A stretch of 56,899 nt of DNA. It comes from a virus. Taxonomy: Duplodnaviria > Caudoviricetes. Numbering within the stretch: position 1 is the stretch's first letter; the number at the start of each line of letters is the position of its first letter. Below the pieces are notes generated by a model. The model worked only from the letters and a program-made list of their open reading frames with translations. It was not told the DNA's origin and searched no databases. Positions 9,145-18,445 of the stretch are shown here, one piece after another. Location: positions 1-56,899 of the IMG/VR virus record IMGVR_UViG_3300021378_000028. One strand, written 5' to 3'. The translations under genes were made by a program, and so were the position numbers.

Positions 9145-10245
9145 CTATGCTGCTTTTCGGGTCCAACCTGGAGATTGCGAAGGAGTTTCGCTAGACCACC
9201 CAGGGGATTGTGTTGGTTGTTCGGGAGTATAACTCGGATTTTGATTTGGGACAATACGTCCGTAAACTAAGGGCGTTCCAACAACGCCCGTGGCGGCAAT
9301 TCCCGTAGGAGTAATGTTTGCTTTACCAGTCACCGACACTGATCCAACAGAACCTGTAGCGGCAACGCCAGTCACTTCAACGGCCGAGGCCGCGGTAACA
9401 GTGACAGAGCCAACACCTCCGGTTGCCTCTAAACCAGTAACGGGAACATTTGCCTTACCCACCACCGAAGCTGATCCAACAGAGCCTGCTCCTACTACAC
9501 CGGTCACAGGAATTGAAACGCCAAGAGAAAGCGTGACAGAACCAACAGAACCTGTTCCCGCCACACCTGTTACATCTACGTCAATTCCAAACTCAACCGT
9601 TACAGAACCAACGCCTCCGGTTGCCTCTAAACCCGTTGGAGATACGTCAGCATTAGCTGTAACCGTTACAGAACCAACAGAGCCCGTAGATTCAAGACCC
9701 GTGACAGGGACATTTGCGTCTGCCGCGGCGGTTGCCGTTCCAACCGCACCGGTTCCTTCAAGACCCGTAACTAAGACGTTTGCTTCACCGGTAGCGGCAA
9801 CACTACCTACTGCGCCAGCGGCCTCTAAACCCGTCGGAGATACATCAGCATTAGCTGTGACTGTAACAGAACCTACTGAAGCGGTAGACCCTAAACCTGT
9901 TACAGAAACATTAGAATCGGCGTTGACGATTGATGTGCCAACGGCTCCTGTTCCGGACACGCCGGTAGGGTAAACATTTGCGTTAGCAGTAACACTGGAT
10001 ATCGTCCCAACTTCACCAGTCGCTTCTAATCCTGTGGGAGATACATTTGCTTTCGCAACAACGGTTACCGAGCCAACGTTTCCTGTCGCTTGTAGGCCCG
10101 TAACCGGAATGGTAGCTTCGGCAACAACGGTTACCGAGCCAACTTGTCCTGATGCGCCGTCGTTTGTAAGGGAGCCTTCACCAAAAGTTAATTGACCCCA
10201 TGTCCCCCGACCCCAGCCAGAAAAGGGGACAATTACGTCCGACAT
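9145..10245 (-). CDS. Repetitive fibre-like structural protein
   Basis: About 15 tandem 19-aa repeats of V.VTGL.ATG.VGSVTV.A type. Confidence 0.7.
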   Translation of the reverse strand: MSDVIVPFSGWGRGTWGQLTFGEGSLTNDGASGQVGSVTVVAEATIPVTGLQATGNVGSVTVVAKANVSPTGLEATGEVGTISSVTANANVYPTGVSGTGAVGTSIVNADSNVSVTGLGSTASVGSVTVTANADVSPTGLEAAGAVGSVAATGEANVLVTGLEGTGAVGTATAAADANVPVTGLESTGSVGSVTVTANADVSPTGLEATGGVGSVTVEFGIDVDVTGVAGTGSVGSVTLSLGVSIPVTGVVGAGSVGSASVVGKANVPVTGLEATGGVGSVTVTAASAVEVTGVAATGSVGSVSVTGKANITPTGIAATGVVGTPLVYGRIVPNQNPSYTPEQPTQSPGWSSETPSQSPGWTRKAA

Positions 10246-10679
10246 TACGCTATCCGAATAATCGCGTTACTGGCGTCCGCTGTCGGAAATACAATGGTAA
10301 AATCACCTGCGGTAGACGTTTTGTCCGCACCAAAGTCTAGCACCACAACAGAGGGATCACCTGATGCACTGTCATTAAAGATCAACGCACCACGAGCCGT
10401 AATTGTCGCTGTACTGAACGTCAGATCCGAAAAGTCAGTCAAGGCTGTTGTACCACTTGTGCTTGGATCAACACGGGTGAGAGCCGCACCTTTAGCAGTA
10501 TATCCTGTACCAGACACTTCGTTTGAAGCGGTGTATGCTGTTGTTGCAGCCGTAAACGATGCGCTGTTTGTGTAAAGCGCAAGGTTAAAGGTGCTACCAC
10601 CCGAGTTTTTAAAGTTGTGAACAGCCTCAAGAAGCTCTTTCTTAAAGCTGGTACACATGAAATTACCTGAAAAAGCCAT
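10245..10679 (-). CDS. Virion structural protein
   Basis: 144 aa beta-rich; MCTSFKKELL...DFGADKTST motif; located in the structural module. Confidence 0.6.
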   Translation of the reverse strand: MAFSGNFMCTSFKKELLEAVHNFKNSGGSTFNLALYTNSASFTAATTAYTASNEVSGTGYTAKGAALTRVDPSTSGTTALTDFSDLTFSTATITARGALIFNDSASGDPSVVVLDFGADKTSTAGDFTIVFPTADASNAIIRIA

Positions 10680-10680
10680 G

Positions 10681-10971
10681 TCACATTCTCCTTATAAGTT
10701 CAGCGAGGTCAGGGTGCCCCGCATCTTTAATTGCATTATATATCGTAGTTCTGTCACTTTTGATAGCTTCTCGTAAATAAAACTCTACGACCTTTACAAC
10801 CTGCTTTTTAAACGCATTTGCTTGCGCCTGTATCGCAGGATGCGAGCCATCCGAAACAGAAATAATTTTATCCGCACACCGTTCTGCGACTTCTTCCGGA
10901 GAAAAGCCTCGACCTTGAGTGGTGTGTACCTCTACCTTAAAGTCGTTTGATAATTCTAAACCTGGCATCAT
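10681..10971 (-). CDS. Hypothetical protein
   Basis: Coupled ORF in the structural operon. Confidence 0.6.
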   Translation of the reverse strand: MMPGLELSNDFKVEVHTTQGRGFSPEEVAERCADKIISVSDGSHPAIQAQANAFKKQVVKVVEFYLREAIKSDRTTIYNAIKDAGHPDLAELIRRM

Positions 10972-11615
10972 GATCTAGGAGTCCTCAAAGTACCATAACG
11001 GTACTCGTCTATTGTCTCTTGAGCCTCGCCCAAGTTCTTCAGTCTGGAGACACCCTCGCCATAGCGTTGCATATACATCTGCATAAGGTTCGGATCCCCT
11101 TTCATAAATGTATACGCTTCTACCAACGATCCGTAAAGCAAAGCTATTTCAGCATTTGTACTCAACCAACTGGTGCCGCTGTCTGCCCCAGCAGTTAAAG
11201 AGGCTGGGCGATACAGATAATGTATGTCCACAGTGTAGTTAGCGTTAGGAGTTGGAGCCAAAATAAAGTTATCAACGTCGAACTGGGCGTAGTATCTCGG
11301 TTGTCCCGTTGTCGTCGGATCGGGGGTGTATGTCTGTACAAAGTCTAAGTCCTTAAATAATAGAAACTCAGCATCCCCACTCACATCAATGCTCAACGAA
11401 AACGGAGCAAGAAAATCAGACGGAGCAGCCAAATACTGATTTCCCGTCGTCATATTCCCCGCTTGATTCTTTTGAAACAGATTTAACTGCACACTTTTAA
11501 GTATGCGCTCCTCCGCCAACCTAATAAACAAAGGCAGGTTGTTCACAAACGTTGTCTCGTCGTTCTCGGTGTAATCCTGAATGGCTTGCTTCAGTTCGCC
11601 GTATGTCATTGTCAT
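10968..11615 (-). CDS. Head-tail adaptor / tail tubular protein A-like
   Basis: TYGELKQAIQDY...FIRLAEERI...LAPTP...LLYGSLVEA pattern of adaptor proteins. Confidence 0.65.
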   Translation of the reverse strand: MTMTYGELKQAIQDYTENDETTFVNNLPLFIRLAEERILKSVQLNLFQKNQAGNMTTGNQYLAAPSDFLAPFSLSIDVSGDAEFLLFKDLDFVQTYTPDPTTTGQPRYYAQFDVDNFILAPTPNANYTVDIHYLYRPASLTAGADSGTSWLSTNAEIALLYGSLVEAYTFMKGDPNLMQMYMQRYGEGVSRLKNLGEAQETIDEYRYGTLRTPRS

Positions 11616-11911
11616 GTTGTCACCGTCACTATGCCGACCTTACCTATCGCACGAATACGCTCCAATGTAGGCGATTCGACGGTCGGAGTGTCAACGTACA
11701 CCTGTAATGCTTCTGCTTGATCTGGTCGTGGATTACGAAGAGCCTGCGGATCTGGAGAAGCTTTAGGAGGAAATAATTGTGGGTGCTTGGGATCAAACTC
11801 GTCAGGACCTACTTTAGCGCCCGTCCACTCAACCTGCATCTCACGCAGACGGTAACGGCGACCAGACCGATCAGATATTCCCCATGCGTTTTTACCCGAT
11901 GCGTATGGCAT
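11612..11911 (-). CDS. Hypothetical structural protein
   Basis: Coupled ORF; ISDRSG...KHPQL...DPQALRNPRPD. Confidence 0.6.
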   Translation of the reverse strand: MPYASGKNAWGISDRSGRRYRLREMQVEWTGAKVGPDEFDPKHPQLFPPKASPDPQALRNPRPDQAEALQVYVDTPTVESPTLERIRAIGKVGIVTVTT

Positions 11912-12576
11912 TAGACCCTCAAATAACGAATGCTAGGCTGCAACTTCAACGGAACTCGATCCTCGTCCTCGTCAGCAGCGCGTTGGAACTCTTCCTCGTA
12001 TACAGACTTTAGAAGCTGTAGACGCTCTGGAGCCCGCTTCATCGCAAGATAGTAAGCAAGACCAGCAACCATACAGGGGTAAAACCTAAAAGGCATGTCA
12101 GTAGTGTTGACAAGACTATCTGCGTCCTCAATCCGTTGCACATAGTAGTAGATAATTTGATCCGTAGAGTTCTCAGGAACAGCCCATAAGTTAATTACAG
12201 GATTAATCTGCCTATTGAACCAAAACTGACTAGGCCGACCCTGAGTCGTTTTGTTAGGCAAAGTAACGTAATCCCCACGACTGATCCGCTGGACTTCATA
12301 ATCCGTATTGTCCCTGCGAAGAACAATCTCCAAGACATCAACTACATCCGGCAGCAATGTTTCCGCTGCTTGACCTTGCGTAAGGGTGATTGTCCCCTGC
12401 TCAACGGTCCACATGTTGATCCCACGGTTTGCCCAATCCGCAAACATCAGGTTCAAGGACCGACGCGCTGTCCGCGCATCGTAGCCAGTGCGAACCTCTA
12501 GTCCGCACCGCTCATATGCTTCCTCGATTATCTCACCGACATCGAGATTAAAGTCTCTTGATCCTGAAGTTGCCAT
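11911..12576 (-). CDS. Head-completion / head-to-tail adaptor protein
   Basis: IIEEAYERCG...ARRSLNLMFADW...GRPSQ...LAYYLAMK pattern; position after the head genes. Confidence 0.65.
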   Translation of the reverse strand: MATSGSRDFNLDVGEIIEEAYERCGLEVRTGYDARTARRSLNLMFADWANRGINMWTVEQGTITLTQGQAAETLLPDVVDVLEIVLRRDNTDYEVQRISRGDYVTLPNKTTQGRPSQFWFNRQINPVINLWAVPENSTDQIIYYYVQRIEDADSLVNTTDMPFRFYPCMVAGLAYYLAMKRAPERLQLLKSVYEEEFQRAADEDEDRVPLKLQPSIRYLRV

Positions 12577-12580
12577 ATCG

Positions 12581-12826
12581 TTAACTCATGTTTGTGTCAC
12601 GAACGCCGCGACCAGCCATTACACAACCACCGTTCATGTATCCGACTTTGCCTCCGCGCATCATGCCGTTTACTTTACCACCACGCATCATTTTTACAGG
12701 GCCTCCGCGCATCATGCCGTTTACTTTACCACCGCGCATCATGCCTTTAACTCCACGCCCTTTAAGAACGTCTGCCTGTGTTACCTTACCGTCTCCGGTT
12801 AAATCAGGAAAATCTTTACCTGGCAT
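12581..12826 (-). CDS. Small basic repeat protein (MMRGGKV repeats)
   Basis: DLTGDGKVTQADV EF-hand/dockerin-like start followed by five xxxGGxV repeats; near-identical duplication with a 51-nt period at 12651-12742. Confidence 0.7.
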   Translation of the reverse strand: MPGKDFPDLTGDGKVTQADVLKGRGVKGMMRGGKVNGMMRGGPVKMMRGGKVNGMMRGGKVGYMNGGCVMAGRGVRDTNMS

Positions 12827-12827
12827 T

Positions 12828-13268
12828 TTATATACTCCTGTTTCTACGGCCTAAGATGTGCCGTTCATAATCTTGGGGATCATAGTTTGTATAATACCCT
12901 AGTTTTTCCAACTTTGCAGCAGCGTTTTCTAACTCAGACCAACGCTGTATAAAAACAATGGCATGCTCTCTCAAATACGCAAGCAGCCATATGTCAATTC
13001 CTACTGACGCAAAAAACTTGTTGAGCGCCATACATTCCTCTTCTAATCGATCATAGTCGTAATCGTAGTCATAATCAAAGACCATCGTAACTTTGTATCC
13101 AGTGTTGAAGAATTTAGATGTCTCGTGCAGAACATCCGACCACAATCCATCCGACACTAAAATCTTCACTTCATGGTTTTGAACCGCAGGCAAAGCAAAA
13201 GGACAGGCCGCTACACCGTTAGTATGCGCGGTGGGCCTTGATAGTTCTTCTGCCCATTCTCGTATCAA
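12828..13268 (-). CDS. Hypothetical protein (CPFA motif)
   Basis: 146-aa coupled ORF. Confidence 0.6.
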   Translation of the reverse strand: MIREWAEELSRPTAHTNGVAACPFALPAVQNHEVKILVSDGLWSDVLHETSKFFNTGYKVTMVFDYDYDYDYDRLEEECMALNKFFASVGIDIWLLAYLREHAIVFIQRWSELENAAAKLEKLGYYTNYDPQDYERHILGRRNRSI

Positions 13269-13501
13269 TACACTCTCACCAATCCGCCATCAGCTTTCTT
13301 GTTCTTCCAACTTATTCTCTTTGACGACTTTTTCTTCTTAGAAGCAGACGTACATTGCGCCATAGTAGGCCGACACGCTGGGTAACTTTTTCTCTTCTCA
13401 CCCTTTTTACGACCACAAGGCTTTCCTGTTTTACAATCAACCCAGCCCTTACCGTCGTTCTGAGAAAACCATTCCCGCAAAGAGTTTTTCTTCTTCGCCA
13501 T
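13265..13501 (-). CDS. Small Lys/Cys-rich protein (DUF5872-like C-terminal half)
   Basis: LREWF...WVD...GKPCGR...YPACRP. Confidence 0.6.
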   Translation of the reverse strand: MAKKKNSLREWFSQNDGKGWVDCKTGKPCGRKKGEKRKSYPACRPTMAQCTSASKKKKSSKRISWKNKKADGGLVRVY

Positions 13502-13788
13502 CAGAAATGCCTCGTACTTTTACGCTTGCCTTCTTCTACGCAGCCACAACCCGAAGCAATTATACCGCCCCCTTTATACCGATTCTTTGCTGGACGTTTG
13601 GGGTTGTCAACTGAAGCAATTAATCCGCCGTCGGCCTTCTTGTTCTTTTTAGTAGAGTTTCCCCAGTTTGCGGCCCCTACCTTTCGACATTTCGACAGGG
13701 CCCCCGAAGCGTAGGCGCTGGGCCACACCTTGTACCGGGCTTTTACCTTTCGGTAACACGCGTCCTTTTTTGTCTTTTTTTCTGCCAT
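13501..13788 (-). CDS. Small Lys-rich protein (DUF5872-like N-terminal half)
   Basis: DACYRKVKARYKVWPSAYASGAL.KCRK. Confidence 0.6.
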   Translation of the reverse strand: MAEKKTKKDACYRKVKARYKVWPSAYASGALSKCRKVGAANWGNSTKKNKKADGGLIASVDNPKRPAKNRYKGGGIIASGCGCVEEGKRKSTRHF

Positions 13789-14033
13789 TACTGATTTCCT
13801 CTGGAGGCTTGGATACCTGGAACGGAATTGATGTTCTGCTGATGCTCATTATACCGTGCGCTCCTTACTAAAAAATCCTGCCACATAGGCTTGATCATAT
13901 CGTAGTTTTCACCGACCCGATAAGTGATTACCGCTGTTTCAGCTTTGAGTTGATAAAGCTGCAATGCGCCCCAACTCAGAAGTCCAACAGTCAGAATTGA
14001 CGCAACGTTATTAAAATCAACCCTCATCACCAC
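13788..14033 (-). CDS. Hypothetical membrane protein
   Basis: N-terminal hydrophobic helix; coupled overlaps. Confidence 0.55.
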   Translation of the reverse strand: MVMRVDFNNVASILTVGLLSWGALQLYQLKAETAVITYRVGENYDMIKPMWQDFLVRSARYNEHQQNINSVPGIQASRGNQ

Positions 14034-14272
14034 GCCTTACACGACCAATACTTGGCCTTTAGTTTATCCAAAGTTCCCTTGTCACAACCGTGACGAGCTC
14101 GAAAAGACTTTCTGCGTTTAGGGTTGTCCTTCTTAATGGTCATATTGGCATCGCCAAATCGAATTATTTTTTCTTTACCTTTAGCACAAGCTTTAACAAC
14201 CGACTTTTTTCCACCAGATATCTGGCGCTTAGGCTTGTTGCATTTCATCTTGGACTTGTCGATCTTTGCCAT
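14027..14272 (-). CDS. Small basic protein
   Basis: IRFGD...RRKSFRARHGC...YWSCKAW motif common in marine phages. Confidence 0.65.
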   Translation of the reverse strand: MAKIDKSKMKCNKPKRQISGGKKSVVKACAKGKEKIIRFGDANMTIKKDNPKRRKSFRARHGCDKGTLDKLKAKYWSCKAW

Positions 14273-14274
14273 AA

Positions 14275-14559
14275 CTACTCCACAATCACTGATATGGTGG
14301 TATTGGCGGGAATCGAAGCGTACACACCTTTTTTAGCTAGTATACCATCCCCAGGGAGAAATATCTCGTCCATACCTTGAGAAGTTTCATCGACTCTGAG
14401 TAATACTTTTCCTGACGCTTCTGACGCGTTGTCATAAAGTACGACATTCCCAGTGGCTCCAGACTCATAGGTCAAAAGCACACCTTGTAGCCGACAGCGC
14501 CGTTGAACCAACGCTGCCGAAGTTTGTGAGTAAAACGATGTTACCTCACTACCAACCAT
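14275..14559 (-). CDS. Small beta-rich virion protein (paralog of 14568..14849)
   Basis: RL.gV...l.d..asG.vll...P.dGi.a..GVY pattern shared with the neighbour. Confidence 0.6.
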   Translation of the reverse strand: MVGSEVTSFYSQTSAALVQRRCRLQGVLLTYESGATGNVVLYDNASEASGKVLLRVDETSQGMDEIFLPGDGILAKKGVYASIPANTTISVIVE

Positions 14560-14567
14560 CTCGCCAC

Positions 14568-14849
14568 CTACGACAAGATAATCGTGAGTTGGTTTGCAGA
14601 ACCCGTGAATGCAGCTATGTACACTCCCGCGCTGGCTACGATGCCATCATCCGGAATGTTCATAACGTGATGACCCACGGGAAATGTTTGCGTAAGCAGA
14701 ACATCTCCACTGGCGTCCCCGTTCTTGATCGTAAACGCACCCGCGGCAGCAGCGTAAATAACTACTTGACGGAGTCGAGAACGAGTCGGGCCAACAATCG
14801 CTGCCGTTGTTCCTTGAACCCAATTATATGCTGTTACTGGACCAGCCAT
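14568..14849 (-). CDS. Small beta-rich virion protein (capsid decoration/spike-like)
   Basis: 93 aa, AGGAG RBS, downstream of the capsid gene. Confidence 0.6.
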   Translation of the reverse strand: MAGPVTAYNWVQGTTAAIVGPTRSRLRQVVIYAAAAGAFTIKNGDASGDVLLTQTFPVGHHVMNIPDDGIVASAGVYIAAFTGSANQLTIILS

Positions 14850-14861
14850 AAAAGTCTCCTA

Positions 14862-15332
14862 TTAAGGTTGAATAGCCGTATTAAACGCTTGAGCATACAT
14901 CACTGTTATAACAACTGATCCCGCATTCGTACCTGCGCTTGAGGTAGCTGTTAATTTCAAATCAGATGTACCAGTGTTTTTCCATGTAAGTGTACCACCG
15001 CCAGAAGCACCTAACGCTTTAATGCCTACGGTAGTTCCAGAAGCAACCGCATTAACGAGAGTTGCTGCGCCGCCTACAGTATCACCAACACTAATATTTG
15101 TTGTGGTGTTAGCCGCCACTTCTAAATCAATAATTATATCTACGATTTTTGAGTTGGCAGGGATTACTACATTTGTGGCTTCTGCTGCGACAGCGCCGCC
15201 AGAAATATCCATTACATGTTGTTGAGTCATTACAACATAACCTACGTTTGCTATGTCTGACCCAACAGTAGTGCCCGTTGTGTTGCGAATGTTACCAGCC
15301 CGAATAGGACCTGAAAAAGTTGTCGTACCCAT
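14862..15332 (-). CDS. Capsid decoration / cement-like protein
   Basis: MGTTTFSGPIRAG start; IPANSKIVDI jelly-roll motif; follows the major capsid gene. Confidence 0.6.
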   Translation of the reverse strand: MGTTTFSGPIRAGNIRNTTGTTVGSDIANVGYVVMTQQHVMDISGGAVAAEATNVVIPANSKIVDIIIDLEVAANTTTNISVGDTVGGAATLVNAVASGTTVGIKALGASGGGTLTWKNTGTSDLKLTATSSAGTNAGSVVITVMYAQAFNTAIQP

Positions 15333-15407
15333 GTTGATCTCCTGTCTGGGTTAGTCAGCCACACCATGCGACTGTCAGGGATACTAAAACAATACATGAG
15401 ATCTATA

Positions 15408-15437
15408 CAAAAAGAAAGGGGCTACCGAAGTAGCCCC
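15408..15437 (-). terminator. Intrinsic terminator after the major capsid gene
   Basis: Minus strand GGGGCTAC-TTCG-GTAGCCCC followed by TTTCTTTTT. Confidence 0.85.
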
Positions 15438-15484
15438 CAGTTTGGGAGGAGGTCATATGAAACCCTCCCGAACTATAGCACGTT

Positions 15485-16396
15485 TTACGCTCCGGGGGAA
15501 CCGAATACGCAACGTGGGTCGCTAAAGCCGAAGCTGTAACGCTCACGCGCTTTAAAGCGCATGTTACCTGTGTCGAAGTCTGCTTCCATGTTGGTAGACA
15601 GAGGAGTACGCTCAAAGTGGATCATTCCACGAGGCGCATCCGTCATGATGAAGAACGCATCAGGGTCCGTTAGGAAGTCGTTAACGGCATAACCGTTAGG
15701 CAACATTCCCATAGAACGAATCGCGTTCGTATCATTGTCTGCTGTTCCAACACGAAGGTTTGAAACCATCAAGCGTTCTGCAATAAATTGCAGTTGACGC
15801 GGGATGAGTAGTTTTGTGCCACGAAGTGCAACTTTCAAACCACGCTCATCAACAAAACCTGCGATATTGATAAGGGCATCTTCAAGAGATGTCTCGTTCA
15901 AATCCGCAGCTACTGCTGGTTCGTTGGCAAAAGTACCACCGTTAGTTAACGGGTGGTCTGTCGCACAAAGCGCAACACCGTCACCGCCAGCAGAAGCGCC
16001 AGCAGTAAATGCGTTGTTAAGAACCGCTGCGGCCTTAACTTGCTTTGTGTGAGCCATTGAACGAGCCAACGCACGAGTATAACGCGAACCAAGACGATCA
16101 TACAGATTGTCTTCGATAGCTTCCTCAGTGATTGAGAATGCCAGCGCAATAGTTTCGTGGTTGTAACGAGCAGTGTAGGCCTCGTTAGCGTCGTCAAAGT
16201 TGACAGAGGAACCTTCCGATTTGGTAGGTGCCGCTCCGAACCCACTCAACATAACTTCCTCTTCGAATGCTCGATCAGAAGATTCTGTTGTGTAGATCTC
16301 CGCGTGTTGGTTTTCGTACCGATTGTACTCCATACCAAACAACGCGTTGAGGCCCGGTTCTAGCTCTTTCGCTAGTTGTGCGCGAGAAATAGCCAT
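15485..16396 (-). CDS. Major capsid protein (HK97 fold)
   Basis: MAISRAQLAKELEPGLNALFG...DFDTGNMRFKARERYSFG.SDPR...GSPGA, characteristic marine phage MCP; GGAGG RBS; followed by a terminator. Confidence 0.9.
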   Translation of the reverse strand: MAISRAQLAKELEPGLNALFGMEYNRYENQHAEIYTTESSDRAFEEEVMLSGFGAAPTKSEGSSVNFDDANEAYTARYNHETIALAFSITEEAIEDNLYDRLGSRYTRALARSMAHTKQVKAAAVLNNAFTAGASAGGDGVALCATDHPLTNGGTFANEPAVAADLNETSLEDALINIAGFVDERGLKVALRGTKLLIPRQLQFIAERLMVSNLRVGTADNDTNAIRSMGMLPNGYAVNDFLTDPDAFFIMTDAPRGMIHFERTPLSTNMEADFDTGNMRFKARERYSFGFSDPRCVFGSPGA

Positions 16397-16409
16397 TCTT
16401 TAGACCTCC

Positions 16410-17045
16410 TTAAACGCCAGTAGTCGATGGAGTACCAGCAACAATCGCGCCGTTGGCGGAGTTGAAACTGTTATTCAATCGAACAATTACAGGGATACCA
16501 GCCGCAGTAAAGTCTGCATTTTCTGGGTCATTTTGAATACCCATAATACGCAGTTGCAATGCTGCCGTGGCGGCGATTGTGCTAACACCCAACTTAGCAG
16601 ATGAGATACCTGTGGTTGAAGAACCAGAAGCACCAGCCGCAAAGTTTGCGTTTGCGAACACATGACCCCGCGCAGTTGCTTCGCTAGTTAGTGAAGCGTC
16701 TGAGCAGATAACAAATGTCTGCATTGGGTTGTCATACACGAAGGCTTTGACGGGATGATTAGAATCCGCGCCAGAACCGGGCCAGCTATTTGAGAAAATA
16801 GTCTCACCAGTGGTGGACGATACATATTCGCATCCCCAGAACACACCAAGTAGACCTACCGTTCCACCAGCAGCCGCGCCAACAATATCAATAAAGCCTG
16901 TTGACAGCGGAATTACGGGTGAACCTTGGTAAATCGCGTTAGTGTTTCCAGAGGCGATACGATACTCGGTCGCACCAGTGGTGTTTGTAGCCTGACCGAC
17001 TACACCAATCGGACGAAGTCCGAAAGCACCGTTACTGTTTGCCAT
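16410..17045 (-). CDS. Minor capsid/decoration protein
   Basis: MANSNGAFGLRP...IYQG.PV...GVFWGCEY; typical gene just upstream of this MCP type. Confidence 0.65.
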   Translation of the reverse strand: MANSNGAFGLRPIGVVGQATNTTGATEYRIASGNTNAIYQGSPVIPLSTGFIDIVGAAAGGTVGLLGVFWGCEYVSSTTGETIFSNSWPGSGADSNHPVKAFVYDNPMQTFVICSDASLTSEATARGHVFANANFAAGASGSSTTGISSAKLGVSTIAATAALQLRIMGIQNDPENADFTAAGIPVIVRLNNSFNSANGAIVAGTPSTTGV

Positions 17046-17064
17046 TGTAGCAATCCTCTTTCAA

Positions 17065-17523
17065 TTAGTCGGAGTCTCTACGAGAACCTCCGAACGATAC
17101 ACGACTTTGCCGACTATTACTTATCGGCATAGAAGGATGTTGTTCCTTCATAAGGTCCTGATCTACAGCAGTCATTTGTTCGCGGGTTCTGCCCCCGTAA
17201 TATGCAGTTCTTTCTGCTACTGTTTCAACAGGTATACGGCACAGCATCAGTCCGCCTTGTCCTATTACACCCTCGTAACGACCATCGTCGATAACGGGAG
17301 CTTCATAGTTTGGATATTCATCTTTCCGGACAGGTTCCCATCCTTCTCGTAGCTTGGCATTGACATTCATTTTGTCTTCCTCACCACGCATTGCAACTCG
17401 TATCCAACGATGCACAAACCCCTCTGGGGCATCAGGTGCTGCAAGGTGACTGGGCGGCGCCCAGGGTTTTCTGCGCGAGTCTAGTTCGCGTGTTTCGCTT
17501 GCGCGAGATTTTCTGTCAGTCAT
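17065..17523 (-). CDS. Conserved head-module protein
   Basis: W.PPS.L.AP..P.G..HRWIR...REGWEPV...GGLML.RIP motif. Confidence 0.6.
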   Translation of the reverse strand: MTDRKSRASETRELDSRRKPWAPPSHLAAPDAPEGFVHRWIRVAMRGEEDKMNVNAKLREGWEPVRKDEYPNYEAPVIDDGRYEGVIGQGGLMLCRIPVETVAERTAYYGGRTREQMTAVDQDLMKEQHPSMPISNSRQSRVSFGGSRRDSD

Positions 17524-17527
17524 ATCA

Positions 17528-18436
17528 TTACTCCTTCACATATTTTGCATATTCTTCAAGCGGTACGTTCAGACGTTTCGCCATCGCAATTTGTGATGGT
17601 GATAGTTTCACCGACCTGCGCCCTGATTTTGCTGTACTGCGAGTTGCTGAAGCGCCAGCAGGTGCGACCTGTGCTCCACTCGATTTCGACGTTTTGAACT
17701 TGTGCGGAAACTCCGAACGCATTCTACGATCAACTTCAGTATAATACTCATCGGCTGTCGGGTCAAACCCTTCTTCTTCAACTAGCTTGCGATGAATACC
17801 AAACGCCGCATAAGTCATGACCTCGTCAGTCCCAAACCAATCGTTCTTTTCCGCCCAACCTTGGGCTTTCGGATCGGCTTTAGGGGCTGGCTGCTGTTGC
17901 TGTTGCTGCTGCGGGGCCATTTGTTGCTGCGGTACTTCTTGTTGCGGAGGAGGAGTTCTATCAGACCTTTGCTTGGCTAATCTCAAACGCTCCTGCTCAA
18001 TAGACATCTTAGACAAAGACTCTTGAGCTTCCAACATCTTCTCGGTGTCACCACCGTCATACGCCTCACGGTAAAGCTTCTTTGCCGCCGCAATCTGCGT
18101 GTCCAGACGAGTGCCATACTCAGCAAGATAACCCTTGTCCAAGTTCTGCATGCGGGTCTTGAGGTTGGTGTTTTCGCTTAAAAGCTGCTGCGCCATGCGT
18201 ACAGCTTCTTCCCGATCACGTTCCTCTTTACGGTACTTTTCCGTCAGTTTCTTAATTCGATTCTGGACCTTACTACTGTAATTCTCCAGTTCATCGTCTC
18301 CACCACTCTCGTTCTCGTTCTCGTTCTCAACTTGAACTTTCGCAGCGGCTTCTTCTTTTTCGGGTTCTGTAGATTCAATCTCTACTTCAACGCCAGTGTC
18401 CTCATCATCAAGGACCTCTTCATTTTCCTGTGACAT
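17528..18436 (-). CDS. Capsid scaffolding protein
   Basis: Acidic N-terminus, long coiled coil, Gln linker, C-terminal V.LS.SQ.A.AK.L.VPLEEYAK; upstream of the capsid genes. Confidence 0.7.
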   Translation of the reverse strand: MSQENEEVLDDEDTGVEVEIESTEPEKEEAAAKVQVENENENESGGDDELENYSSKVQNRIKKLTEKYRKEERDREEAVRMAQQLLSENTNLKTRMQNLDKGYLAEYGTRLDTQIAAAKKLYREAYDGGDTEKMLEAQESLSKMSIEQERLRLAKQRSDRTPPPQQEVPQQQMAPQQQQQQQPAPKADPKAQGWAEKNDWFGTDEVMTYAAFGIHRKLVEEEGFDPTADEYYTEVDRRMRSEFPHKFKTSKSSGAQVAPAGASATRSTAKSGRRSVKLSPSQIAMAKRLNVPLEEYAKYVKE

Positions 18437-18445
18437 ATATTTCTC

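Noticed and set aside
9290-9973. 227-aa Pro/Thr-rich plus-strand ORF
   Set aside because: Antisense mirror of the repeat fibre gene
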